Source: an uncultured virus (IMG/VR IMGVR_UViG_3300044296_000314)
Taxonomy: Duplodnaviria > Heunggongvirae > Uroviricota > Caudoviricetes
Length of the DNA stretch: 64,000 nt
Virus record (IMG/VR): IMGVR_UViG_3300044296_000314
Direction: 5' to 3' (one strand)
Shown: piece by piece, positions 9,612 to 18,992 of the stretch
Layout: every line of letters starts with the position of its first letter
How positions within the stretch are numbered: the stretch's first letter is position 1
Program-made: the position numbers and the translations under genes
The notes under the pieces: model-generated
What the model saw: only the letters and a program-made list of their open reading frames with translations
The model's database searches: none
What the model was told of the DNA's origin: nothing

Positions 9612-10475
9612 TTAGAAGGCTTCCTTGCCGTCGTCCGTGGGCTTGTTGTCGACGGGTTCGGCCACCTTCACCCTGCCTTCGGACACGTCCTGCTTGAAGG
9701 ATCGCGCCTCCAGGTAAAGCTCTTGGCCGTTCTCCAGCGTCAGCGTGTCCGGACCGGGTTCGATGACCCAGCCAAACCAGTTGCCCTTGTCGTTCTTCTC
9801 CGGGCCAGTCTTGAACTTGTAGACCCGGTAAAAGCTGGGCGCCAGGATGCGCTGATTCGGAATCCGAGGATGCGGAATCCGATACGACTTCATCATCGTG
9901 TTGAGGCGACGTGAGTGCTTGAGCTGCGTGCTCGTCATGCTGAGGACGCACTGGCGCGGGTCGCCGCCGGGCACGAGCACCAGGAGGAAGTATTCCGCCG
10001 TCTGTATGATCTCGTTGCCTTCCGGCGTGATGAACCGGCCTTCTTCCTGCGTACAGCGAGCCAGACAAGCCGGGTCTTCTCCATGATCAGCCACGAACCC
10101 GCCGCCCTTTTTGCGCGGAATCCACTCGATGTGTGCGAGGCGATAGCTCACCACCAGGGCGTCGAAACCCTCGCTGCCGTCGTACAGGGTGTTGTCGATG
10201 TTGTCGAAGATGTCGCCGGGGGCGCTGTTGTCAATGTAGTTGGCGTTGCTCTTGACGATCTGATCGGAAGTGCTCTGCAAGATGGCAATGCGCGGAATGG
10301 CCAGATCATTCCGGTCCATCGTCTCCATGCCGCTTCCGGCGTCTTCCACCAGCATGTCCTCGAAGCCGGACAGCTGCTGGTTGTTAACCGTAGCCACAGC
10401 CTTTGAGTGGTGCCTTTCGGGCGGAGGGGGAGGCGCTGCCGGTGTCGTCTTCGTGGGTTTATTTTGTACTTTCAC
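9612..10475 (-). CDS. putative single-stranded DNA-binding / recombination protein
   Basis: GTG start after AGAGGAG; aromatic-rich core (KGNWFGW); acidic C-terminal tail ending in Phe (DDGKEAF). Confidence 0.6.
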   Translation of the reverse strand: MKVQNKPTKTTPAAPPPPPERHHSKAVATVNNQQLSGFEDMLVEDAGSGMETMDRNDLAIPRIAILQSTSDQIVKSNANYIDNSAPGDIFDNIDNTLYDGSEGFDALVVSYRLAHIEWIPRKKGGGFVADHGEDPACLARCTQEEGRFITPEGNEIIQTAEYFLLVLVPGGDPRQCVLSMTSTQLKHSRRLNTMMKSYRIPHPRIPNQRILAPSFYRVYKFKTGPEKNDKGNWFGWVIEPGPDTLTLENGQELYLEARSFKQDVSEGRVKVAEPVDNKPTDDGKEAF

Positions 10476-11142
10476 TTGTGGATTTTCTCCTCTTGTTGTC
10501 TTTCGGGATAGCGCACACAGCGCGTTTACCAACGTGGATGTTCAGCAAGTCAACGGGAAGATCTACGACCAACTGCGCCCCATTGTTGAGCCGTTCTTTC
10601 ACCCATGCGGTAAGCGTCTGCGCGTGGATAGTGTCCTGTCGCGTGGCGGCAAGCTTGAGCTTAGCTATGCCGGCCATTAACTCGTCAGCAACCGCGTCAG
10701 CACCACGCGGAATTTCAACGGTGACCACGTTCTTGATGAGATCCGGGTCGCCTTTGGGATGGGTACGCAGCCAGTCGAAGGCTTTGCTTCTTTGTTCGGA
10801 CAGCCTGAGGCGTTCGTCCGGGTCTCTGGTTTTGTCAATGGTGGAGGGCGCAGGTATCGAGGCGCTGACGAAATCCTCCAAATCCAGCAGAAAACCTCCT
10901 TCCAATCCTAGCTTGGTCACCTGATGGGCAGCCATCAGTTCCGGCAAGGTAACCGTTTGCAGCTGTAATAGCGTGTTTTTGGTTTTCTTCAGCTGGTACT
11001 CCAGGTCTGCGATTTCCGCTTCCAGGGTAACCAGCTCCTTTGCCTTTGCCTTAATCACACTCAAGTCACCAGAAGGACCAACGTCCTCCATGATGTCGAT
11101 GATTTGTTCAGCGGGTGGTTTCATATTCGCTTTCTTATTCAT
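10459..11142 (-). CDS. conserved phage protein (coiled coil; AFDWLR...IHAQTLTAWVKE), typical neighbour of phage SSB genes
   Basis: Recognised sequence pattern; true start may be 11124. Confidence 0.6.
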   Translation of the reverse strand: MNKKANMKPPAEQIIDIMEDVGPSGDLSVIKAKAKELVTLEAEIADLEYQLKKTKNTLLQLQTVTLPELMAAHQVTKLGLEGGFLLDLEDFVSASIPAPSTIDKTRDPDERLRLSEQRSKAFDWLRTHPKGDPDLIKNVVTVEIPRGADAVADELMAGIAKLKLAATRQDTIHAQTLTAWVKERLNNGAQLVVDLPVDLLNIHVGKRAVCAIPKDNKRRKSTSESTK

Positions 11143-11170
11143 AATACCGTGAGTGGTGGTGTAAAGTAAA
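11141..11170 (-). promoter_or_regulatory. sigma70-like promoter TTTACT-N18-TATTAT
   Basis: Hexamers in the intergenic region; resembles the promoters at 7592-7621 and 26410-26438. Confidence 0.5.
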
Positions 11171-11194
11171 TGGAGTTATTTGGTAATTTACCAC

Positions 11195-11461
11195 TTACTC
11201 TGAATCGGGCGGGTGGTCAGTGTACTTGTTCCAGTCCTCCTTATGCTCTCGGAAATACTGCAGGCAGGCCTCGACACCCTGCTCCGTTATGGCTGCGTAT
11301 TGTTTCGTATGGTTGCCGTTCAAAACATAGAAGGCCGACTCATTCACCACCAGTGCCGTGGTGACGTCGCCATAGAGCGCCACATCGCGGTTGTTATAGC
11401 TGATGTGGAAGCCAGTACCCACAAAAGACAGTCGGTTGGGCGTTCTCAATAAATCCATCAT
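11195..11461 (-). CDS. hypothetical phage protein
   Basis: Start MMDLLRTP overlaps the upstream stop. Confidence 0.55.
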   Translation of the reverse strand: MMDLLRTPNRLSFVGTGFHISYNNRDVALYGDVTTALVVNESAFYVLNGNHTKQYAAITEQGVEACLQYFREHKEDWNKYTDHPPDSE

Positions 11462-11940
11462 TTGGTCTTCTCCTTGTTGAGCCGACCTATTATGTAATCT
11501 GGTCGACGTTGAGAGTTGGGCGGACACACGCAAAGCAACCGCCATCCTTCATCCAATAGTCTCTGCAACTCGTAAGTGCAACCGTCTTCCAACACATCCA
11601 CCTCGTTGACGTCGAACAACGCTGCATTGGGAATGTGAATCTGCGCCACCACGCCTTTATCGAAGATCATCCCTTTCAGTATCTCGTGGCTGTGCTCCAG
11701 ATTTTTGATCTTCTCGCCGATGGTGCTGGCGAACATGGAATGCTTGAGAGGCTTGATGGTGTAGCTTACACCTGCTTCGGACAGAGGCACCGCGACCAAA
11801 TCCAGATCGACAACAACTTGGTTCTGCGAATTCTCCACCAGTCCGGGAAATAGGTCGTTTATTACCGTAAGCTGGGCTTGGTGTTCTTCTGGCTTGTACT
11901 TCCAATAGTACAAGTCACTAAACTCTATCCTGACGATCAT
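11458..11940 (-). CDS. hypothetical protein
   Basis: AAGGAG RBS before MIVRIEFSD. Confidence 0.6.
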   Translation of the reverse strand: MIVRIEFSDLYYWKYKPEEHQAQLTVINDLFPGLVENSQNQVVVDLDLVAVPLSEAGVSYTIKPLKHSMFASTIGEKIKNLEHSHEILKGMIFDKGVVAQIHIPNAALFDVNEVDVLEDGCTYELQRLLDEGWRLLCVCPPNSQRRPDYIIGRLNKEKTK

Positions 11941-12010
11941 GGGCGCTTTCTCCTTGAGATGGGCAGAGCACACGTATGCTCTGCCCAATCGGCAAGTTAC
12001 TGGTGTTGGC

Positions 12011-13051
12011 CTACTTACTCGCAGGAGCAGCGGTCTTCCTCGCCGCCGGGGCAGGTTTCTCCGACTTGGCGCGATGAGGCAGAGGAGCGCTCATGCCCTT
12101 GGGCAGGATGATCCGGATGATCTTGCCGTCGTAGGACACGCCGTAGCCAACCAGCGCATTCACGTCGTATTGCAACACGCCGCGCACGGTGGATTTGGGC
12201 GCCATCATGGCCTGCAGTTCATCGAACGTAGCGCCTTGCGGACGCGAGATGAGGTCAATGATGCGCGCCACCTTGCTGCCTTCCCGCACAGCATGGGGCG
12301 TCACCTTCGGATTGGGGTGGTAGGCAAATGAGGGATCACGCGGAGCTGCGGGGGCTTTGGGGGCTTTGGGTTCCTTGGGGGCCTTGGGGGCTTTGGAGGC
12401 TTTGGGGGCCTTCTTGTCGGAGGCAGGCGTGGGAGCATAGGCGCTGGCCTGAACAAAACCGTGAGCCACGCAGACCGACACTCCCAGCTGGGTCAGCACG
12501 ATCACTTCCTGATCGTCATCGTCCACCAGCTTCTGCATGATCAACATGCCATCCGCCAGCAACTCGTCAAGGATGCGCTTGGCGCGTTTGCGCACCGTGG
12601 GGTTGAGATCCAGCTCCACATCCCCCAGCAACACATCGGAGGGCTTGCCGGGTTCTGTACGCTCAACCACCGACTTCAGCATGGCGAGACCGTTGGAAGA
12701 GACGACCGGCAGCGGCGCAGGGACCACCTCGAGCTTGTTGGAAACCTGCTCAGGCGCAATCGGTTCCGGTTCGGTCTGGGTAGCGACACCCTCTTCCGGC
12801 GGATTGCCCGTATCGGCTGCGGGCGAGGCCACCACGCTGGCGCCTCCCTGGTGAATCATATCCATGAGTCCTGCCCGCTGGAACTGATCCAGTTCTTCGG
12901 GCGTGAACGCCTCTCGGGTGGCCAGGGTGGTCGCAATGCGCCGCAGTGCGGATTCACGATCTGAGAACTTTTTGACAGTAGCCTGCGGACTCAAAATGTT
13001 GAAGAAGGCCACGAGCATGGCGCCTTTGATGTTGGAAAGATCGATATTCAT
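12011..13051 (-). CDS. multi-domain putative DNA-binding protein with KAP repeats and a C-terminal DUF3489-like winged helix
   Basis: KKAPKASKAPKAPKEPKAPKAP; REGSKVARIIDLISRPQGATFDEL. Confidence 0.6.
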   Translation of the reverse strand: MNIDLSNIKGAMLVAFFNILSPQATVKKFSDRESALRRIATTLATREAFTPEELDQFQRAGLMDMIHQGGASVVASPAADTGNPPEEGVATQTEPEPIAPEQVSNKLEVVPAPLPVVSSNGLAMLKSVVERTEPGKPSDVLLGDVELDLNPTVRKRAKRILDELLADGMLIMQKLVDDDDQEVIVLTQLGVSVCVAHGFVQASAYAPTPASDKKAPKASKAPKAPKEPKAPKAPAAPRDPSFAYHPNPKVTPHAVREGSKVARIIDLISRPQGATFDELQAMMAPKSTVRGVLQYDVNALVGYGVSYDGKIIRIILPKGMSAPLPHRAKSEKPAPAARKTAAPASK

Positions 13052-13096
13052 GGTGGTTTTCCTTTGCTTTGGTGGAGTGGATGAGTGGATGAGTAG

Positions 13097-13465
13097 TTAC
13101 TTGTCTCGAGGTGACACAAGAACTTCAAGAATGGGCAACGTGTCAAAGTCAATGCCGTCGAAGCTCAGCAGAACCACGAGGCTTCCGTCTGCAGCTTTCC
13201 TGATCGGCTGCACCAGGTATTGGCCGTTGGACGCAGTACCTTCCACGGCGCGGCCATACTTGGGACTGACCCAAAGCTGAGTTTGTTGGTAGCGGCCAGG
13301 AGGCAACGGGAAGCCGGGAGCCATGCGGGCAATCGCAGCAAAGTCGACGCAGGCCACGACCACTTTGTCGATTTCGGGTGTGACGTTGTAGTAGGTTTTG
13401 TCGCAGATGGACTCGGCAAAAAGTGAGCTGGTGAACGCCAGCGATGACAGAAGGATGCGTTTCAT
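13097..13465 (-). CDS. secreted early protein (signal peptide MKRILLSSLAFTSSLFA)
   Basis: AAGGAG RBS; basic/hydrophobic/LFA signal architecture. Confidence 0.6.
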   Translation of the reverse strand: MKRILLSSLAFTSSLFAESICDKTYYNVTPEIDKVVVACVDFAAIARMAPGFPLPPGRYQQTQLWVSPKYGRAVEGTASNGQYLVQPIRKAADGSLVVLLSFDGIDFDTLPILEVLVSPRDK

Positions 13466-13531
13466 GAGACTCCTTGTTGTTGCTTGGTTGAGGTGCGTGC
13501 GCTGCGACGGGTCGCGGCGCACGTAACTGGG

Positions 13532-13708
13532 TTACAGGTTGTCTTGCGCGAGGCGCTGGGCATACCCCAATGCGCCTCGCTTCGTGGGTCTGGTTGTGCG
13601 CTGAATGCCGTCCACGTACACGACCCAGTGTCCAGGTCTTCGAGTGTACGGGGCGACCGTGATGCGCAGCCGGGGGTGCGGGATCGTGATGGTGTCGGGG
13701 AGCGGCAT
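13532..13708 (-). CDS. 58-aa hypothetical protein (MPLPDTITIPHPRLRITV...)
   Basis: Own translation; TAATG coupling to the upstream ORF. Confidence 0.55.
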   Translation of the reverse strand: MPLPDTITIPHPRLRITVAPYTRRPGHWVVYVDGIQRTTRPTKRGALGYAQRLAQDNL

Positions 13709-13887
13709 TACCGGGCCTTGTAGGCGTTGATGCCAAGCTTGATGGCTTCGCGTCCAGGGACGGAAACGTTGCCTGCGGTGGTTGCGACGATCGTGGTCTT
13801 GCCGCTGGCGCTGGCGCCGAACTCCTTGCTGAGATCAATGGTGATGACGAGCTTGTCGCCTTTGACCTGCATGTCGATGTTCTTCAT
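13708..13887 (-). CDS. 59-aa conserved small protein (MKNIDMQVKGDKLVITIDLSKEFGASASGKT...)
   Basis: Own translation; AGGAG RBS; resembles a widespread small bacterial/phage family. Confidence 0.7.
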   Translation of the reverse strand: MKNIDMQVKGDKLVITIDLSKEFGASASGKTTIVATTAGNVSVPGREAIKLGINAYKAR

Positions 13888-13924
13888 GATTTTTTCTCCT
13901 GTGTGGGTGGGGTTGTGGTTGTGA

Positions 13925-14332
13925 CTAGCTCTTCAAGGCAGCGGTAAAGCCACCGCGTTGAGCGATGAGTTCAGCAGCCTGGGCCAAGGGCAAATTGCGC
14001 CGTGTGGTTTTGGTGATCTGCTGGATGATGGCTTCGGCGGTGACTCCGTGATTCACATATTCGGCCACTGCCTTGGCGAACTGGCGCCAGGGGCGAGCAC
14101 CTCGGCTGCTGTTGCAACGGCTGCAGCAGGTGACAAGGTTGGATTCCTTGTTCGACCCGCCCTTGGAGGAAGGGGTGAGGTGGTCGAGAGAAAGTTTGGT
14201 GCCCTGTTCAACGGAAGCTTGGCAATAAACACAAGCCAGACCGTCCCGCAGATAGATGGCCAGCCGTTTCTTCGGCGTGATCCAATTCATTCCTTGGTTG
14301 CGGCGGTTCGGGTTCAGTGCAGTGGCTTCCAT
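13925..14332 (-). CDS. HNH endonuclease
   Basis: RDGLACVYC, LDHLTPSSKGG, NLVTCCSRCNSSRG. Confidence 0.9.
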   Translation of the reverse strand: MEATALNPNRRNQGMNWITPKKRLAIYLRDGLACVYCQASVEQGTKLSLDHLTPSSKGGSNKESNLVTCCSRCNSSRGARPWRQFAKAVAEYVNHGVTAEAIIQQITKTTRRNLPLAQAAELIAQRGGFTAALKS

Positions 14333-14337
14333 GGAAC

Positions 14338-14598
14338 CATCTTACCCTGGGTTGTGGATGAAGGCAAGCGATATTTTACCATATTTTGTCGGAAGTGACA
14401 AAATAAATCGTAACTATATGAAAAGTCAAGAAATATAATTTATCATCTTGACGATTACATGTATCTACGAAACCTGGTGCGTTTAACCACAAGATCTATG
14501 GGAGCAAAATCAATTTACAATCGAAACAAGGCCTGGTGAGTAATCCATTGCGAAATGGAACGCGATTGCTCCTGGGGTCGTTTATGGCCACAGGATGG
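14338..14598 (-). repeat. Dispersed promoter cassette, copy 3 (TTGCCT-N17-TAAGAT), more diverged
   Basis: Shares ACCACA..ATCTATGG.AGCAAAATCAA with copy 1, CAAAATCAATTTACAATCG with copy 2, and CACAGGATGG with both. Confidence 0.7.
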
Positions 14599-14609
14599 TG
14601 TATCGACTC

Positions 14610-16574
14610 CTAGGTCGACTTCTTGATGCTGTACTTGAATTTAGGAAAGTATCCTTTATCACCGTTCCACGTCCACACGCTGCCCCAATTAGGTCCAATC
14701 TCAAGATCAGCTTCCACCGGCACGTTTAACTTGACGCACTCACACATCAGGCGTCGCCCTTCTTCCGCCTCATGCGCGTTGCGAGCACTAAAACCGATTT
14801 CATCGTGGACAGACACTAGTATTTTGATTCCGGCCTTCCACAGGTCGATCATGGCTTTCTTCGTCATGTCAGCAGCTGAACCCTGAATGAGGCAATTCAA
14901 TGCCTTATAGGGGTACGCCCCGCGCTCACCCTTGACTGCGTTTTTGGACTGCTGTTGAAAATGACGCCGACGACCCAACAGCGTGCGGATCCAGCCACGT
15001 TGTTCCGCTTTGCGCATACACATGTCGTTGATGCCTCTGATAAAGGGCATATAGCGATCATATTGGTCCATGATGGCTTGACCTTCTGGACCTGCCACCT
15101 CCACCTTGCCGCTTCCATCTTTCTTCTCCACCCACTCAGTAGGTAGACCCAATGAGTGGCATAGTTTTGCCCCACCCATGCTGTACATTTTGCCCAGAGT
15201 AAGGTTCTTTGCATCTTTGCGTTTGAGACCAGTGATATCGGCCCCCTTCTGGTGGAAGTCTAGATTGGGATTCTCGTGATAGGCGTCCACGAACGGCTTC
15301 ACGCCGGGGATACCAGCTGCTTGTGCAAAGTGAATACCCAATCTAGGTTCCTGACTCGCAAAGTCGCTTGAAGCCCAGGCCTCTTCCGGTGAATCAGGTT
15401 CCATTAGACCACGGATGTCCGAAGAAATGTCTTCCTCTCTTGACGGCAGATTTTGCAAATTGGGATTACTGCTGCTGGATCTTCCAGTTACTGCTCCCCC
15501 TTCATCAGAACGCAAAGCGCTGAATACTGCGTGTATACGCCCATTAACTTCATGACCTAGCATATGCCCGTCTATGAAGGTGCCTTTGGCTTTATCGATC
15601 CGGCGCGCTTTTACAATCAGCTTAGCCAGGGGATGATCCAAACGTTCCATAACCGTTGATCGAAAGCTGGCCTCACCCTTTGCGGTGACTTCTGTCCAAT
15701 TTATTCCAACGCTTTTGAAAGCTCTGCTGACATCTTCCCCTTCCCACAAAGCCAGGGTGCGCCCTGTCAGATACTTGATTTGCTTTAACAGCTCTTGCTT
15801 TTGCAGCTCATATTGGAGACTAAGTCTATGTGCTCGCCCCACGTTGATCCTGACCCCGTGCTCCCGCATATCCAGCAATACTGGTATCAGGTCATGTTCC
15901 AGCTTGAATACCTGGTGCAAATCCTCCAAATCAATCTGAGCCTTGCATTTCTCGAGCCAGAGACGGCGGGTCAGTTTGGCGTCTTGGATAGCATATCCAG
16001 CTACTGCCCAAGACGGCAGCTCATTCATGCGACCCATAACAGACGCTTTATTGGCGGTTTTGGACAGACTGAGACCTCTCTTGGCCGCGTCCATCATAAG
16101 ACCATAGTCTTTGACCTCTCCCAACCAATCTTTGCCTACGTCGTCTAATCCATAGGAAAATCGATTTTCGTCAATCAGAGGTACCGCGACAGCCACGTCC
16201 ACAATAGGACAAGTGGGGCGAATGCCCATGCGCCTCAGCCAACCCAAGTCGTATGTGCTGTTGTAGAGCACCAATAATAGATCAGGCGCAGGATCCAGCT
16301 CCAGCTCTCGTTTTAACCACGCCGTTACCTGCTTGACAGGTAGATTCTGCTCACTGTGTCCAATAGGCCAATAATTTTCCACTGCATCATTGGCGATGGA
16401 GACTCCGCACACATGACCGGGCTTAGTGGGAAAACACCAACCCGGTCCATGCGTTTTGAGTAACGGATCGTAGCATTCCAGATCCAGAGCAGTGACGCCA
16501 AACAAACGAGGATATCCACTAGGCTGTATCCAAGTGGAAGACGGACCAAATAGAGAAGGTTGCCAGGTAGACAT
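14610..16574 (-). CDS. polA: DNA polymerase family A with 3'-5' exonuclease domain
   Basis: LDLEC (ExoI), TGRSSSSNPNLQNLP, DFASQEPR (motif A), RKDAKNLTLGKMY (motif B), IQGSAAD, VHDEI (motif C). Confidence 0.95.
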   Translation of the reverse strand: MSTWQPSLFGPSSTWIQPSGYPRLFGVTALDLECYDPLLKTHGPGWCFPTKPGHVCGVSIANDAVENYWPIGHSEQNLPVKQVTAWLKRELELDPAPDLLLVLYNSTYDLGWLRRMGIRPTCPIVDVAVAVPLIDENRFSYGLDDVGKDWLGEVKDYGLMMDAAKRGLSLSKTANKASVMGRMNELPSWAVAGYAIQDAKLTRRLWLEKCKAQIDLEDLHQVFKLEHDLIPVLLDMREHGVRINVGRAHRLSLQYELQKQELLKQIKYLTGRTLALWEGEDVSRAFKSVGINWTEVTAKGEASFRSTVMERLDHPLAKLIVKARRIDKAKGTFIDGHMLGHEVNGRIHAVFSALRSDEGGAVTGRSSSSNPNLQNLPSREEDISSDIRGLMEPDSPEEAWASSDFASQEPRLGIHFAQAAGIPGVKPFVDAYHENPNLDFHQKGADITGLKRKDAKNLTLGKMYSMGGAKLCHSLGLPTEWVEKKDGSGKVEVAGPEGQAIMDQYDRYMPFIRGINDMCMRKAEQRGWIRTLLGRRRHFQQQSKNAVKGERGAYPYKALNCLIQGSAADMTKKAMIDLWKAGIKILVSVHDEIGFSARNAHEAEEGRRLMCECVKLNVPVEADLEIGPNWGSVWTWNGDKGYFPKFKYSIKKST

Positions 16575-17002
16575 TACACAAGTTCGTTGAATTCCGAACC
16601 AGCCGCCTCTTCACTCATGGATATTTCCTCAGAGAAGTCACAGTGTTCGCACCGGACCGTGGCCGTGATCGACACCCCGTACAAGCGCCTCATGTACCGC
16701 ATATTCTTGATGGGTTTGCCGTTACGATCCTTGTCTTGCATACGGTCGGTGAACTCCGCGCTCACATCTTCCAGAAATAGTTCGTGCTCGCTGTCTTCGC
16801 TCTTGCACTTGTCCGGCACGTTTGAGAGTTCTTGGTTGAAGTCAAAGCTGTTGTCCTTGAGTTCTTCCGAACAATCTGCACAGGTCAAAACCCGTCGATA
16901 GGTGCCCTGAACGCAGTTGTCAATGACCACCAGCTCATTCTCTTCTTCTGGCTCAACTTCTGTGTTGTACGACACCATCTTACAGCAATTAGGGCATCTC
17001 AT
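16574..17002 (-). CDS. acidic protein with several CxxC motifs
   Basis: CPNC, CADC, CEHC; coupled to polA. Confidence 0.6.
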   Translation of the reverse strand: MRCPNCCKMVSYNTEVEPEEENELVVIDNCVQGTYRRVLTCADCSEELKDNSFDFNQELSNVPDKCKSEDSEHELFLEDVSAEFTDRMQDKDRNGKPIKNMRYMRRLYGVSITATVRCEHCDFSEEISMSEEAAGSEFNELV

Positions 17003-17210
17003 GGGTAATTTTTCCTTCTGATAATTCTACCTGTAACTGCTTCAATCCGCGCTCGATTATGTTGTAATTAGACGGATGAGTACGGATGACTGTGACGTCC
17101 ACAACTACATACGGCACCATACGTTGGGTTTGTTGATCCAGCACCACCTCAGGCATCCATGGATCAGCTATTAGGGTAAACTTCATGACGCCGATGTCTG
17201 GCGGAGGCAT
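16989..17210 (-). CDS. hypothetical protein
   Basis: ORF tiling; start uncertain. Confidence 0.45.
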   Translation of the reverse strand: MPPPDIGVMKFTLIADPWMPEVVLDQQTQRMVPYVVVDVTVIRTHPSNYNIIERGLKQLQVELSEGKITHEMP

Positions 17211-17809
17211 TAGTAGTTCCGCACTTCCCAAAATACTGTGTTGCGGTTAAAGTGCCCCAAAGCTTTCGAGTAGACAGTGAATTCCACTATAGAGTCTGGG
17301 TACTCGTCGAACAGTTGGTTAAGGCACTGCCAGCTGCTTGCATCCATGGCACGGCGCAATCGTTGCACCACCTCCAGACCTTCGGCATGCTTCATGATCG
17401 GGTAGGCTTCCCGCATGCGCAAGCCGGGGGTCTCGTCGTATCGCATATACAGGTAACGCTCCGTGCGCATTACCTCGCCCTTGATCACCGACAGATCATC
17501 AGGAGCTTGCTCGTCCACCAACAACTCAATTCCATGGAGATTATGCGCATTAGTCGCCCTCTCCATCGCCTCATCCGGGGTGAGGTTGTAACCTTGATAG
17601 AGCTGACTCTGCGGGGTAGTACCACGCAACGCGACAACCCCTGGTACAACAACGTCACCGGGGTGGCGCTTTGCGTTGTCCCGCAACGCGGCGAATTCTG
17701 TGCGACTCCATTGTCGGATGGTGTTGCCTAGAAGGTGCCGGCGTGCCAATCGGTAGTATTCCGTCTTGTTGGTGATGCGACTCATGGAATGATCTCCACT
17801 ACTTATCAA
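17210..17809 (-). CDS. hypothetical protein
   Basis: 199-aa ORF in the operon. Confidence 0.6.
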   Translation of the reverse strand: MISSGDHSMSRITNKTEYYRLARRHLLGNTIRQWSRTEFAALRDNAKRHPGDVVVPGVVALRGTTPQSQLYQGYNLTPDEAMERATNAHNLHGIELLVDEQAPDDLSVIKGEVMRTERYLYMRYDETPGLRMREAYPIMKHAEGLEVVQRLRRAMDASSWQCLNQLFDEYPDSIVEFTVYSKALGHFNRNTVFWEVRNY

Positions 17810-18029
17810 TGCGTCTTTTGTGGGTTTTGGGCGTCATGGCATCGTACAAAAACCAGACTGGAGACTGGCGTTGACTTGGGGTTATCTGCAACAAAGTGGA
17901 TTGAGAGAAGGAAACATCAACCCCGTCATCAGTAGCGTTCTTGCCCACTACGGTACCCTCGCAGCCGCGATACCAGGAAGCTTGGCTGGTGATGATAACT
18001 TTTTGTCCTGGCGGAAACTTCTCTCTCAT
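17799..18029 (-). CDS. small SH3/KOW-like hypothetical protein
   Basis: FPPGQKVII...YRGCEGTVV; ATGA overlap with the HD gene. Confidence 0.5.
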   Translation of the reverse strand: MREKFPPGQKVIITSQASWYRGCEGTVVGKNATDDGVDVSFSQSTLLQITPSQRQSPVWFLYDAMTPKTHKRRIDK

Positions 18030-18595
18030 CGTGGCTCCTGCATCTCCTCTGAGGTGAGGTAGTGACTCCATTCTTGGATTTCCGTCATCAAAGAAATAAT
18101 GCGGAAATGAATTGCGGCATTCCCAGACAACTCAACTTGGTAGTCATTGAGCTGATTACGCAAATGACGACCTATGTTGTTAAGAACAATTCTGGCGCCC
18201 AACTCACCGTTGTTCAGTCGGTTTTGCGAAAGCGCCATTAGTTCCATACCGTCAGCAATCTTCAGCACAAGAAGCTCAAACGACGTGAGCGTTTTCTCGT
18301 AGTCCTTGAAGCCCATGTCGTTGCGCGCATTATCCTCAGCCAAGGCGAAGGCTTTGTAGGCGTCCGGTGATCGCCACTTGGCGGGGGCTGGTATATCGCC
18401 CACCTCCTGCTCCCCTAGATCATGTTGAAGAGCAGCCAGAATCAGTTCTTTGCGGCAATCCGGCCAGATGCGTTGAATCATCATAGCCACTCCCCAACTA
18501 TGAGCAGCCACGGTTTGAAAACGCATAGGCGCGCAATGGAGGCGTTCCACTTCTCCTCCCAGCATAAGACGTTGAACGTGCCAATTTCCGGTCAC
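18026..18595 (-). CDS. HD-domain 5'-deoxynucleotidase (YfbR-like)
   Basis: QTVAAHSWGV, ALQHDLGE, GDIPAPAK, KIADGME. Confidence 0.85.
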   Translation of the reverse strand: MTGNWHVQRLMLGGEVERLHCAPMRFQTVAAHSWGVAMMIQRIWPDCRKELILAALQHDLGEQEVGDIPAPAKWRSPDAYKAFALAEDNARNDMGFKDYEKTLTSFELLVLKIADGMELMALSQNRLNNGELGARIVLNNIGRHLRNQLNDYQVELSGNAAIHFRIISLMTEIQEWSHYLTSEEMQEPR

Positions 18596-18972
18596 TTGGA
18601 TACATCTCCTTTGCCAAGCCTTCTGGCTTGTTCTACCTCGTCTTCTGTGTCTTGAGTCTCTTGGCGCAAGTAGATCTCAAACTCATTAGTGACATGAGTC
18701 AGTAGACCACTGATAGTAGCGCCTTCTCCGGCAGCCGGCAACAAGGAAAGCACTGCCGGCAGGTTGCTGATCGTCATGCCAACGGCAACGTCTCTGGGCT
18801 TTGCAGAGGGGGAAGTATTGACGATAGGCGACCCCGCTGACTGCCCGCCCAAAGGAGTAGGCTTGCGAACGGCGTCATCGATGTTTTTGACCAAAGGTCC
18901 CAGCGGCGTACCCTGGGAGGCAGCAACACCGATTTTTTCAGTCCAATTCAAAATGCTTAACCACTTACTCAT
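18592..18972 (-). CDS. hypothetical protein
   Basis: AAGGAG RBS before MSKWLSIL. Confidence 0.55.
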   Translation of the reverse strand: MSKWLSILNWTEKIGVAASQGTPLGPLVKNIDDAVRKPTPLGGQSAGSPIVNTSPSAKPRDVAVGMTISNLPAVLSLLPAAGEGATISGLLTHVTNEFEIYLRQETQDTEDEVEQARRLGKGDVSK

Positions 18973-18992
18973 GATAATCTCCTTTCCTTCCA

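Noticed and set aside
13925..14332. HNH as an intron-encoded homing endonuclease interrupting polA
   Set aside because: polA is continuous and complete; the HNH gene is free-standing behind its own promoter
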